Assembly: GCA_040954595.2 (NCBI GenBank)
Contig: CM082597.2
Coordinates: forward strand, 8,452,343 to 8,516,342
DNA: 64,000 nucleotides
Source of the DNA: Balanoglossus misakiensis
Taxonomy: Eukaryota > Animalia > Hemichordata
Direction: 5' to 3'
Shown: positions 37,801-48,189 of the stretch, piece after piece
Numbering within the stretch: position 1 is the stretch's first letter
Layout: the number at the start of each line of letters is the position of its first letter
Notes under the pieces: model-generated
Databases searched by the model: none
Told to the model about the DNA's origin: nothing
Seen by the model: the letters and a program-made list of their open reading frames with translations, nothing else
Program-made: the position numbers and the translations under genes

Positions 37801-40467
37801 ATCGAACAAAAATCATTAAACGTGCAGCCATACCCTGGCTATTTTTTCCAAAATTGTTGAATATTTAAGTCAAATTTGGTATGGACATGGTTCCCATAAA
37901 TTTCTTACATCCACTGTCTATTGTTCTGTAAGGCCCATGTTGGAATGATATTGCAATCAGCGTTAGCTGTAAAGCATCATGCTCAAATTGTGCTTTGCAA
38001 TTCAGACGATATAGCAGGTAAAATTAGTTACCAAAACATAGTACTTAAACTTGCCAAAATACCAGAAATAATGCAAAGATATTGATTTTCAGCAGCATAT
38101 TGTAACCTTTGGGATACGAAAACGAAACAATACACACTTATTCAAATCATTCAACTGCCATCATTTCTCCTATGCAATCTCCTATGAAAGTTCCAACGCT
38201 ATAACAGTTAACGCCATGAAAGCAATGACAAACTATATCTTTTGTCTGGCACTGTGGACAATGGTTTGAACCGACTCACTTTACGTAAATACATGATCCG
38301 ACGTCAAGATTCTGGTTGGGAGCAAAACGCGTATGTTCCAATATCTCACCGCTGCTTGTCTTCACAGAGCCATCTGCCGTGACGGTGGCATCAATCCATA
38401 ATTCTTGCTTCCGTCGACCGCAAATAAAGGACACACAGTACTGGTCGATTTTCCATTCAGTGGTATCAGTTAGAAGACGCATCCCAAACTTCTCACATAG
38501 CTGGTATGTAGCCTTCATACCATTCCGTGTGGTAGTTAGGTCGAAAGATGCTGTAGATTAGAAAACAACGCTCGTTCTTTCCCGTCAAATCCCTTGTAAA
38601 GCAAAACACGTTCCAAATCGTCCGTTGCACGAATAATCATTTTGCGGGGGAAAGTGAAATAAAACTAAGTGCAAAAGTCGGAAAATCCAATCTTTTAGGA
38701 GTTGGGTCTCTAGCCGATAAATCCAGCCTGCTTGGAAGCCTTATAGCCCTACGTGTTCCCGTCGTGGCGGCGGTGTAACGCCAGGAACACACATACCTGC
38801 ACGCGGGGCTAGGAAGCCCTACAAGTTCACCAGTAAGATCGCAATGTTCCTCAGTATCAGAATTTGTCTTGCCTTTTACAACTAGTTTCCGTGGTTACGC
38901 GTAAATTTTATTTAAAAACTTAACCACAACATAATGTCGAAATTTATGAACATGTAGGGCTATTGTAGGTAATATCGAAAATCCCCCTCCCCCCCTCGCG
39001 TGTCATGAGACATATGCCTACCGGTAATCCGTTTCCCGATGCGCGCCTGTCACTTGCCCGCCTCCGATGTTGTCAAACTCCTGAAACGAACTTTCAGCTG
39101 GCCCGGGCGGCCGTAAAAGCAATGCGAACTTGACATTCACTTATATATGAACATCACATTGAATTGAATGCATGTACTTTAAGAATAAAACTACAGATAT
39201 TGTTACAATTGCAATAAATGTCAAGATCAATTGCCTATTTTTCTCCATATCTGGTTATGTCGTGTTTTTGTATCTCCCACAAACAGAGAAAAATGACCAG
39301 TATAGGTCTAGTTTGTCCAGTGATATAAACATGTTGTAGAATGCAAAATACAACAACATGAAACTTATGTGCAAAGAACTTCAATAAACTATAACTTACT
39401 TGCATTTTCACATAAAATGGGATGTCTCATCAAACAGTCAAGATAGCCCCACTGTTTATTTCTGTGAATTAAAAAGTTATGAAAGTATATTAACGTTTCA
39501 CCACGCCAGTCAACCCGTGCATCTCTCAAACTATAGAGAAACGTTTTCTACATTTTCCCCTCAATTTGATTAAAACCCGGAGATAATTGAGAATTAGGTG
39601 AACTTGATCTAAAAAAATATAAAAAAATAAACAAATGTGGTAAAATATTGCACCACATTTTGGTGTTCAAAGTTAACGATGAGACGAAACTGGAATATCT
39701 CAAACTTGCAGAATGAAATTTCCCATAAACTCGAGGTATATGGGGGTGCAATTGCCAATAATGTTCTTCAGTCTGAAGACATTGCCAATTGCAACATCTG
39801 GATCTCATTCAAATGTAAATCTATTCTGTCCCTACTGATATATTTCAAAGATGGCATACCTCTGCACTTGATTCCCTGTGGTTGATATAAGTTAAGCAAT
39901 ATTAAAATGACAACACAAAAACATTATTTTTCATATTTAAATATATTGTCCAAACGCTCAACTCACTTCAGTGAGGCGCACTTTCCTAATTTCCTTTCAA
40001 CCTGCGGCTTGTACATGTAGGTCAAAATGTCCCCGTCTCTTGTGACTACGTTTCCGTTGTCAATTAACTGTCCATCTATCCAGAACCACTTGCCTGAGAT
40101 GCTTCGTTCCTTTAAAGTTTTTACTATAGCTGCGTGTTTTTCTTCGCTGTCCACTTTAACAAGGCGAAGACCTAATCGCTCACAAAAATTGTAAGCTGTA
40201 GCGTGATCCGTCCACCCGTAAACGATGTTGCAATCTGGATATCAAATCGTTAATCTTATTACAATCATACATGAAACAATGATAACATTCATGAGCTTCT
40301 GTTTTGAGGAACTTCAAACTTTCTGAACACGCCAAACACAAAATTAGTGTCTTACCTGCTTGCTGCAGTAAAGTCATCGACAACATCACGAATGCAGCGA
40401 CGAGCGTTAACTTCAAAGGTATTTCACGACAGTCTTGTAACATTTTACAGCTTCTCAGGCACGCCAT
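31805..40467 (-). CDS. Copy C: paralogous 13-exon CTLD-CTLD-GAIN/GPS gene, 648 aa, no transmembrane module
   Basis: Exons: 40467-40356, 40234-39967, 39461-39400, 38550-38280, 37680-37607, 36808-36738, 35254-35158, 34699-34365, 34066-33958, 33580-33456, 33109-32881, 32338-32253, 31912-31805 (1947 nt). Intron positions and phases match copy A, and indels relative to A are multiples of 3. Ends CLCNHL|TVFSAMVGVVESDGRFHV*. Confidence 0.85.
35445..36632. mobile_element. PIF/Harbinger-like non-autonomous element, TSD TTA, intron 6 of copy C
   Basis: Same family, TIR GGGACCGTTCAGTTTTTACGG / CCGTAAAAACTGAACGGTCCC; absent from copy A intron 6. Confidence 0.85.
38744..38811. mobile_element. 68-bp TAGCCC...GGGCTA mini-element with about 10-bp TSD (AcademH-like)
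   Basis: ggaagcctta | tagccctacgtg...cacgcggggcta | ggaagcccta. Confidence 0.55.
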
Positions 40468-40729
40468 GGTTGCGAGTTTGCGGCTAATCTGCGAGCATTT
40501 TATGAACCAACATCTCAGAAAGAGATTAGGGGCTAAATGGAGATGCTACGCCGTGTTACTTTATTTGTGCGTAATACCAGCTACCGCCTGGGGTTGTTCG
40601 GACCAACCAACCGGAACGTTGATGCGTCAATTGCCCCAACTCCTACACGCTTTGTCGAGTCAGTTCATCACAGGCCTTGCATCAGGATAATAATAATAAT
40701 ATCATAGATAACATATAATGATCATTATT

Positions 40730-41230
40730 GACACTGTACAGTAAACGCTGAAGACACCGTATACCGTATACGACAACGCTTTGAACATTAATTCATTTAA
40801 CTGATGTGTTATTGAGAAATGTGAATGGTTCACTGGCGACTGTAATATAAAATAGAACGTGTTCGCGAGGATAACAGTTAAAGCATTCTTGATACGTCAG
40901 CAAAAAGTTGAAATCATACGTGTTCACTTTACTGCATATTTGACCACCTGTATATAGTCCTGCCGTGTGCATACTTTCAATATGCCATTATACATGGAAC
41001 TTAGACAAAGGCATACTCATGATAAATGCATTTACCCACGTGTAAGGAAGAGGCATTCAAAATGTTTAATGTTTAATTGATGGTTCGGCATCTCGCGATG
41101 AATCTTGTATGAGATTTTCCACCCTATTTCATTAAGTACTCACCAGTTAATGCGTGACTTTACTCTTTATGTATTAATGACTGTCATAAAATGAAAAGGA
41201 ACGAATGAATATGAAACTTGTTGCTCCCGG
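40730..41230 (+). pseudogene. Inverted, decayed relic of exon 5 and flanking introns of the CTLD-GAIN gene
   Basis: Plus-strand aaatgtgaatggttcactggcgactgt...cgcgaggataacagtt matches exon 5 of copy C (CKWFTGYC..CEDN). The following sequence is the reverse complement of intron 5 (compare 4999-5048 and 10215-10310). Confidence 0.65.
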
Positions 41231-42345
41231 TTTTGGATAAATTAAACAAAAGTGGTATTAATCATCAAAGTGTCATAACCAGCGGACATTATGTAAAAAA
41301 CATTTGTCGGACCCAGTTAAAGGAAATTCAGCATATTGTCTCGAAACACATTTTTCTCTTGAATGCACATTCGATATATATGTTTAATGCCTTGCCTTTA
41401 ACGCCTTCTTCACATAAGTTTTCCCAGATATCTACATTTAAAAATTGATCGTCTGCCACTGTGTAGAGAATGCAAAATTTTCTAAAGCTTTGTAACAAAC
41501 CTCATCAAGGAATAGTTATTTGATAGTCTCGTCGTGTCTTCATTTAATGATGAGAAACATTCGTAGAGTCTGTCTGGTCAGGGTGGCGGTTGGGATGTAG
41601 GAGAGACGGGGACACGTGTAGAGTATAAAATTCAACGCCGATGACTTTATTAGCTCTGCTGTCACTTGGGTCAGCAGAGCTGTAGCAGTAGGTTGATAAG
41701 TGTCCGTCCGTCGTCCGTCGTCTGTCTTCCATCGTCCGTCGTTTAATGTTTAATGTTTAATGTTTAATTGATGGTTCTGCATCTCGTGATGAATCTTGTA
41801 TGAGATTTTCCACCCTATTTCATTAAGTACTCACCAGTTAATGCGTGACTTTACTATTTATGTATTAATGACTGTCATAAAATGAAAAGGAACGAATGAA
41901 TATGAAACTTGTTGCTCCCGGTTATTGGATAAATTAAACAAAAGTGGTATTAATCATCAAAGTGTCATAACCAGCGGACATTATGTATAAAACATTTGCC
42001 GGACCCAGTTAAGGGAAATTCAGCATATTGTCTCGAAACACATTTTTCTCTTGAATGCACATTCGATATATATGTTTAATGTCTTGCCTTTAACGCCTTC
42101 TTCACATAAGTTTTCCCAGATATCTACATTTAAAAATTTATCGTCTGCCACTGTGTAGAGAATGCAAACTTTTCTAAAGCTTTGTAACAAACCTCATCAA
42201 GGAATAGTTATTTGATAGTCTCGTCGTGTCTTCATTCAATGATGAGAAACATTCGTAGAGTCTGTCTGGTCAGGGTTGCCGTTGGGATGTAGGAGAGACG
42301 GGGACACATGTAGAGTATAACATTCAACGCCTATGACTTTATTTT
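41061..42345 (+). repeat. Direct duplication of about 590 bp, separated by a Helentron-like 5' fragment (ttattagctctgctg...gtccgtccgtcgtccgtc)
   Basis: 41061-41650 is nearly identical to about 41752-42342. Confidence 0.75.
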
Positions 42346-42571
42346 AAAAAGGACCGGCCATAGACATACAGGACAAGATTTGTAGTCCAGCCTTGACCAA
42401 TAAAGAACCGCGCTCAAAAGATATCTACTTGCTACAAATTATGACAAAAATCATTCAATGATACAAGTCATATTTGAAAAGACATCTAAAATAATCTTGA
42501 ACAACAAACCATAACTTCTGCAGAATGCGTTTCGTGTTGTCACCTGTTAGGACCAATCGAACGCCCCTGTG

Positions 42572-42631
42572 CTAAACGTGGCATCGTCCATCAGATGTGA
42601 CGATTTCCACAATTGTCTTGAAAGCACTCAG
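42572..42631 (-). pseudogene. Relic of the terminal (post-GPS) exon of a further paralog
   Basis: Translates LSAFKTIVEIVTSDGRCHV*, aligning to LTVFSAMVGVVESDGRFHV* of copy C with the same TAG. The flanking plus-strand sequence gcccctgtgctaaacgtg is shared with 1024-1041 and 31796-31813. Confidence 0.7.
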
Positions 42632-45365
42632 TGTTTTTTTTTTTCGTATTGTGGGTATTTGGACTCACTAGCAAGGAATTGTGGGTAGTTGATGTTAAAT
42701 TCAAGGATAGTAATACAGAACTATACATTTAAAGACTTTCTAACAAAACATATCAGATATATTCTCATAAGATATATAAAATACTGCTATTCATACACGA
42801 TATAAAATACATTTTTAGAATACTTGTGTGTATTTGAATACAAGTACATTGGTTAGAATATTACCAGTGGTATAAATTTTTGTATATAATTTTTTTTTCT
42901 TGACAGCCAAAAAGCTTTGAGAGAAGAATTTGTTTAAGGCAAACTGTAGTTAATAAGAAATAATTTTGCAAAATACGTTCATGATTTATAAAAGTGACTC
43001 CTACTTCATTTGTTTTTACCGTAAAGATCCAAATTGATTGATTGGATATTTCTAGTTTGTAATCAATATTGAAAAAACTGGCTACCATTAATTTTCAGCA
43101 ACTATTGAGTGTAGTGTTCATCTTCCCATATGGTCACACTGTGAACAGCGCCCCAACTGGCCAGAATGTCAACACATCTGCCCAAATTCCAGGCGGACAT
43201 TACAAGACTGTGGTCGATCAATCTGGTCATCATGTTTTGTCCCATATTCGTTTGTTGGCTGCACGTTTTGGACAAAGCACACAGTTTCAAACTATGTGCA
43301 TGATCTAGCGTCCTGATGATAACAACTTTGAACTGAAAGATTCTGTGGAGATTTAGTCACATGGGTGTGTTACCATCAGCCAATCAGAAGTCTCAGATTC
43401 ACTGCTTTATTCTTCACTACAGACACATCAAGCCATTAAACATAGGGTTTGTTTTGGCACGGAATGTAATTTGTAACTTCTATTCTCAGAAATAAATTGT
43501 TATGATATGCCACTATCATTGCCTGTAATCTCACTACAGCATACCTGCAGCATACCACATGCATTACTTTGATAGAGCGCCCTCTAGCAGAGTTCATATG
43601 ACATTGTAAGGTCATGTTTTTCCCGCGTTGTTCATGGCTGCCATCTTGTTTTAGCAGAACGTACTAGTTGTTGTGTCCGTGTTCCAGTTGAAGTTTCTCA
43701 TTAAACGAGTTATACAAAACGTTACCTGATCTCACCGAGTCAGCAAACATAACATAAATATAATCAATTGAATATATTTCATTTTCACAGATTGTTTCAG
43801 TGCAATGTTGCTGCGGTTTGGAAAAAAAACAAAACGCGTGATCGCGGCTACTTTGCCATTTCTGTGTAAATTTGTGATTGTAAGAAATCAACTTGTTGCA
43901 CATGAAAACTACTTTTACCAAATCTTCGCTAACAAGTTTTACAGACAATAGACATTCTAAAGCCATATGTCTTAGTTTTTTGTGTTTTATTGTTGACATG
44001 AAAACCATGACACATCTGGAAAAAAATCTTGATATAAAGTAAAATGTACTCTGGAATTTAGAAAATAAACATTTACAACTACTGTGTCTACTGACCCTCA
44101 AGGGACAAGGGTGTTTCACTTCTGTTGCAATGTCATTTCCATTGACACAAGTTCAGTTGCCAGTTAGCTATTCATTACACATAATAGCAAGACATAACAG
44201 TTTGTTTACGTCTGGGTGTGTTTAATATTAACAATAAAGGCTGTCCCTTATATGTTCAGAATATGTTGATTCCAGTAATTACAAAAAAACATATCAATTT
44301 AGTTTCAATTGTAGCAACTGTTATGATTTATCTGAGCTGAGACAACATCTCTGCTTTGAAGATTTGTTTTGTGGCATCAAAACACAAAGTGAGTTTCCTA
44401 TGAAGACAACATTCAGAAAGATTTTCAGGTAGGCTTGGAGGAATAAATGCTATCCAAATATGCGTTAGAGTACAGGTATAAAAATCTCTCATAACTACCC
44501 ATCATGCATCAGTCAGACTGTGCTACTTGTATCATAGAGCAAAACTAGCAAAAATATCCAAATATCAAAGTTGTCTGTTGAAAAGTTTTATACAATACCA
44601 TATAACTTTTAAATAGCTTCCAGGAATATTGTAATACAGTGAGTGTTCAATGGGGAAATGTACATAGATAGCGTGAAAACATTCTAGACATTTGATGAGC
44701 ACAAAGTGAAAAGACACTGATAGAGTTATGATATCAAGTCAAAATGGATTGCAACAGTAATTGCCACTGTAACTGGACATGCTGGTAGTAGAAACAACAT
44801 TGGTTAGACTTTATGGTTGAACCCTGTGACTTGACAAGCATTTGCAGACACTGTACAGGCCATCCAGATGAAACCACATTAGAAACAACACCAAAACATG
44901 CTAACATACTAAGTGACTTGGCAAACAACTGATATCAGCCATATGTGGTTTAATTTCCAGCCATCGATGACAGCGCGAGACTTCATTCTGACCTTTCCAC
45001 CCCCGACCGTATGGTTCAGCCCAATGTTTTCAATGGTATGGTTTAACCATATACTAGAAATGGGGTGAAAGTCTCTCTCTATGTTCTATTTTGTTGTGAA
45101 GCTATTAACTTAATAATTCTTCTTCCCAAGTGGGCATTGTGTTGTTGCAGGTATCTAATCATATCAGCTTGCTTCTCCAAAATATCATCCACCTGATTAC
45201 TATCCCTGTAACAAACACAATACAAAAACACTCATTAAAATCACGCATTTACTTCAATTCCAAACCAAGGTAGCAATTTGACGCGCTCGCCCTTTGTGTG
45301 TGGCTGGGCAGCAGGTGTCTGCCGATGTCAAACTGCCATAGCTGTAGTATACTATATCTACAGTA

Positions 45366-45534
45366 TAGAGTCAAACCTGTATTAGTGGCTACCTCTATAT
45401 AGTGGCCACTTTGTTACAGTCCCTGTGCAATTTACATATGCATTAATTGACCTGTATATAGAGGCCATTATCTGTCTATAAAGGCCAGTTCAGGAGAGTC
45501 CCTTAACTGGCCTCTATAGACAGGTTCGACTGTA
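45366..45534. mobile_element. Tc1/pogo-like MITE (TA-flanked)
   Basis: tagagtcaaacctgt ... acaggttcgactgta, with internal tatatagtggcc-type repeats. Confidence 0.55.
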
Positions 45535-45994
45535 CTACAGCAGATCGACATCATCAGGCACCTGTGCATGGGTCCTAATATAATGTAATTGTTGTAACTG
45601 TGGCCAAAACAAATTTGCTGGCATACCAAATCCCCACCCCAGAAATCAAATGGTTAATCTCCCCTAAGAAACAATACAACATATTTATTCCACATAAAGT
45701 GTAGAAAGAATTGTTATCATACAATCAGCCACTGACTCACACAGTAACCTGCAAGATAGGCCAGCTCTTTCATTTTCTGTCAAAGTTTGCAACTGTTATC
45801 TTTGTGTAAAGAATTGTCCATTGTGTTAATTCCAGAACTTTTGACCTCAACTTGTGGGTGGATTCAACACCCCAACCAGTTGAAAAACAGCTGTACTAGC
45901 CGAGATAAGAAGCGAATAGAAATTGGTGACTGACAGTTCAATCAAAAACTGTTTATATAGGAAATAAAGCCAAATGAAATGAAAACTCATTTCA

Positions 45995-47923
45995 TATTGG
46001 GCCCCTTCTGTTATTGCTGGAGTTTTTCTTCTTTCTTCTTGAGTCGTCTTTTTGCTCCCTTTTTTTCTCAAAAATCCCTGGACCTACGCCTATGAAACTT
46101 GGCACGGTGGTTGGGGCCCATGAGTACTGGTGCACCTGCCCTTTGAATTTGTAATTAGTCACGTGACTTGGTGGCTATAATCGAGCGAAATTTTCAAATT
46201 GACCTAATTTGCACGTTAATGGGGACATGTACATTCTTTTCGCGATGTTTGTATACCATGTGGCCAAAATCCCCTGTGCCAAATTTCAAGGTCCTAGGCC
46301 ACGTCGATTTTGAGAAGAAGATTTTTGTAATATTTTTCGCATTTTTTGGTGGGCTGAGGATGAACACTGGGGCATCGGTCATTACATAATGTTGTGGAAG
46401 TCTCAATAGCAGGGTACTCACTTCTGGCGGGTTGCAGTAGTCCTTGGAAAATCGGCTGAAATACGTAAACAGACCAGTGGTTATTTTCCACAGAATGAAT
46501 TTTGGGACAACACATTATCGGAGTTCAGGCTGTGAGGGCGTTTTATTGAATTACGCTGAGTTTGTTAGCTGTTGCCGTTATATGTGTCTACGCAGACCCG
46601 GCTACACTGTACTTGATAGTAGTTCGGGAAATCGGCCGAAATATACGTCAGCAGACCAATGATACTAGCAATAATCAGAGATCAGGCTTCGTTGCTGTTG
46701 AAAAGTTCCTACTTCAGTCGTGACGTTGCAACTGGGCGTTCAGTATGGGGTTCGGCCCGCAGGTGGCCTTGGGGGTTATCAGGTCGCCCGTAATGGCACG
46801 CAGCTTCATGCAGCTGTATGGGACCAAAATAATACGCCCAATTCGGGGGTCACCTGTGACACCTGCTTAACTCAATTATGTGCATGCGTAATTGTGGGGT
46901 CAATGAAAGGGATGCTAGCGTGGTATTTGTTCACATGGATCAATATGAAGTCCGATTTTCCTGTCAAGTTGTGGGCGACCTTATGTGACATTTCACCTAC
47001 TTTTGCTTAGTGAATGACAGCAGATGCATGCAGCTTTGGCGTAGGGAGGATATACGGATGGGACCATAATGATATACCAAAGGCGGGGTCACCTGTTGCA
47101 CCTGCCTAAGTCATTGATTTTGTACATTTAATTGGACACTAACCAACGGGGCGATATGTGTGTTTTTTGTTCCACAGGGACAAATGTAAGTGTCAGTTGG
47201 TTTTTGCCCGAATGTATAAGGTGATTTGGATGACCTCTGTCGTACAGTGCCATATCTCAGCCTGTTGTACAGGTGCAGCTTTGGTATTTGGAGGGATGAA
47301 AGTATCATGAAATGCCAAATACAGGGGGATACCTGTGACACCTGCTGGATTCATATATTACGTGCATACCTAATGGTGGGCAAAGTGAAAGGGCTGCAAA
47401 TGTAGGATTTGTTGCACATGACATAAACAGGAATGAAAATTTTTTGTCAAATTTTGGGGTGACCTCAGGTGTCCATTGACCTGCTTTACATATGTTAGCA
47501 TGCACATCATATATAGTCAGGTGTTTGGAGGGGTAGGGTAGGACCCTCATGAAATGCTAAATTCCTGGGGCCACCTGTAACTTACTTGCGTAACTCATTA
47601 TTATGGCCATACCTAATTTGACAAACCCAAAGGGCGAGAATTTTCCGTTGTCTTGAATATGAACCAAATAGGAATCCAAATTTTTGGGTACCCTCAGCTG
47701 ACCTTTGAAGTACTTACTGAAGTACTTACATAACGTAGAAGTTCACTTTTGGTTGTTGTGTTTGTACTTGTAGGACATCCATTTCGGGTGGTTGCCTACT
47801 TCCCCATATCTCCACATCCAGAGCAAATACAGCCTACACATTTGAATGGTACAACCCTGAATAGAGTCTTATGATTATTATCCCTATGCTTGGGCCCCTT
47901 CAATGCTGCTTGCAGCTTTAATT
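45995..47923 (+). mobile_element. Non-autonomous Helentron/Helitron2-like element
   Basis: Starts tattgggcccc followed by a CTT-rich tract; internal diverged tandem units of about 240 bp; ends ttgggccccttcaat GCTGCTTGCAGC (hairpin) tttaatt. Confidence 0.65.
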
Positions 47924-48189
47924 ACAATCAATGTCTCCTGATGACCATATGACGGTGCACCTTTGTCAAAGCGATTGTCAAAGTGAAAATGTTCGATTTA
48001 GCTGCACAGTGGTTACACTTGCACCAATGACTGTATTCCGTAACCGTGTTTTGTTGTCGTTCACATATGTCGAGCGTGCCAGGAATATAACTTGGCGACC
48101 AATTTACATGAGTAAAAATGGTGTTTGTTCCACGTTTATTTCAGAAGCCGGTGAAACCACGGTGCTACACGCAAAACACTTTGATCACA

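Noticed and set aside
1057-40467. Assigning a gene symbol such as PKD1L2 or PKDREJ
   Set aside because: Only the GAIN-type similarity is recognisable; REJ, PLAT and channel domains are absent and orthology cannot be shown without a search.
43664-44119. 151-aa ORF
   Set aside because: Non-ATG start, no recognisable motif or splice structure; probably non-coding or repeat-derived.
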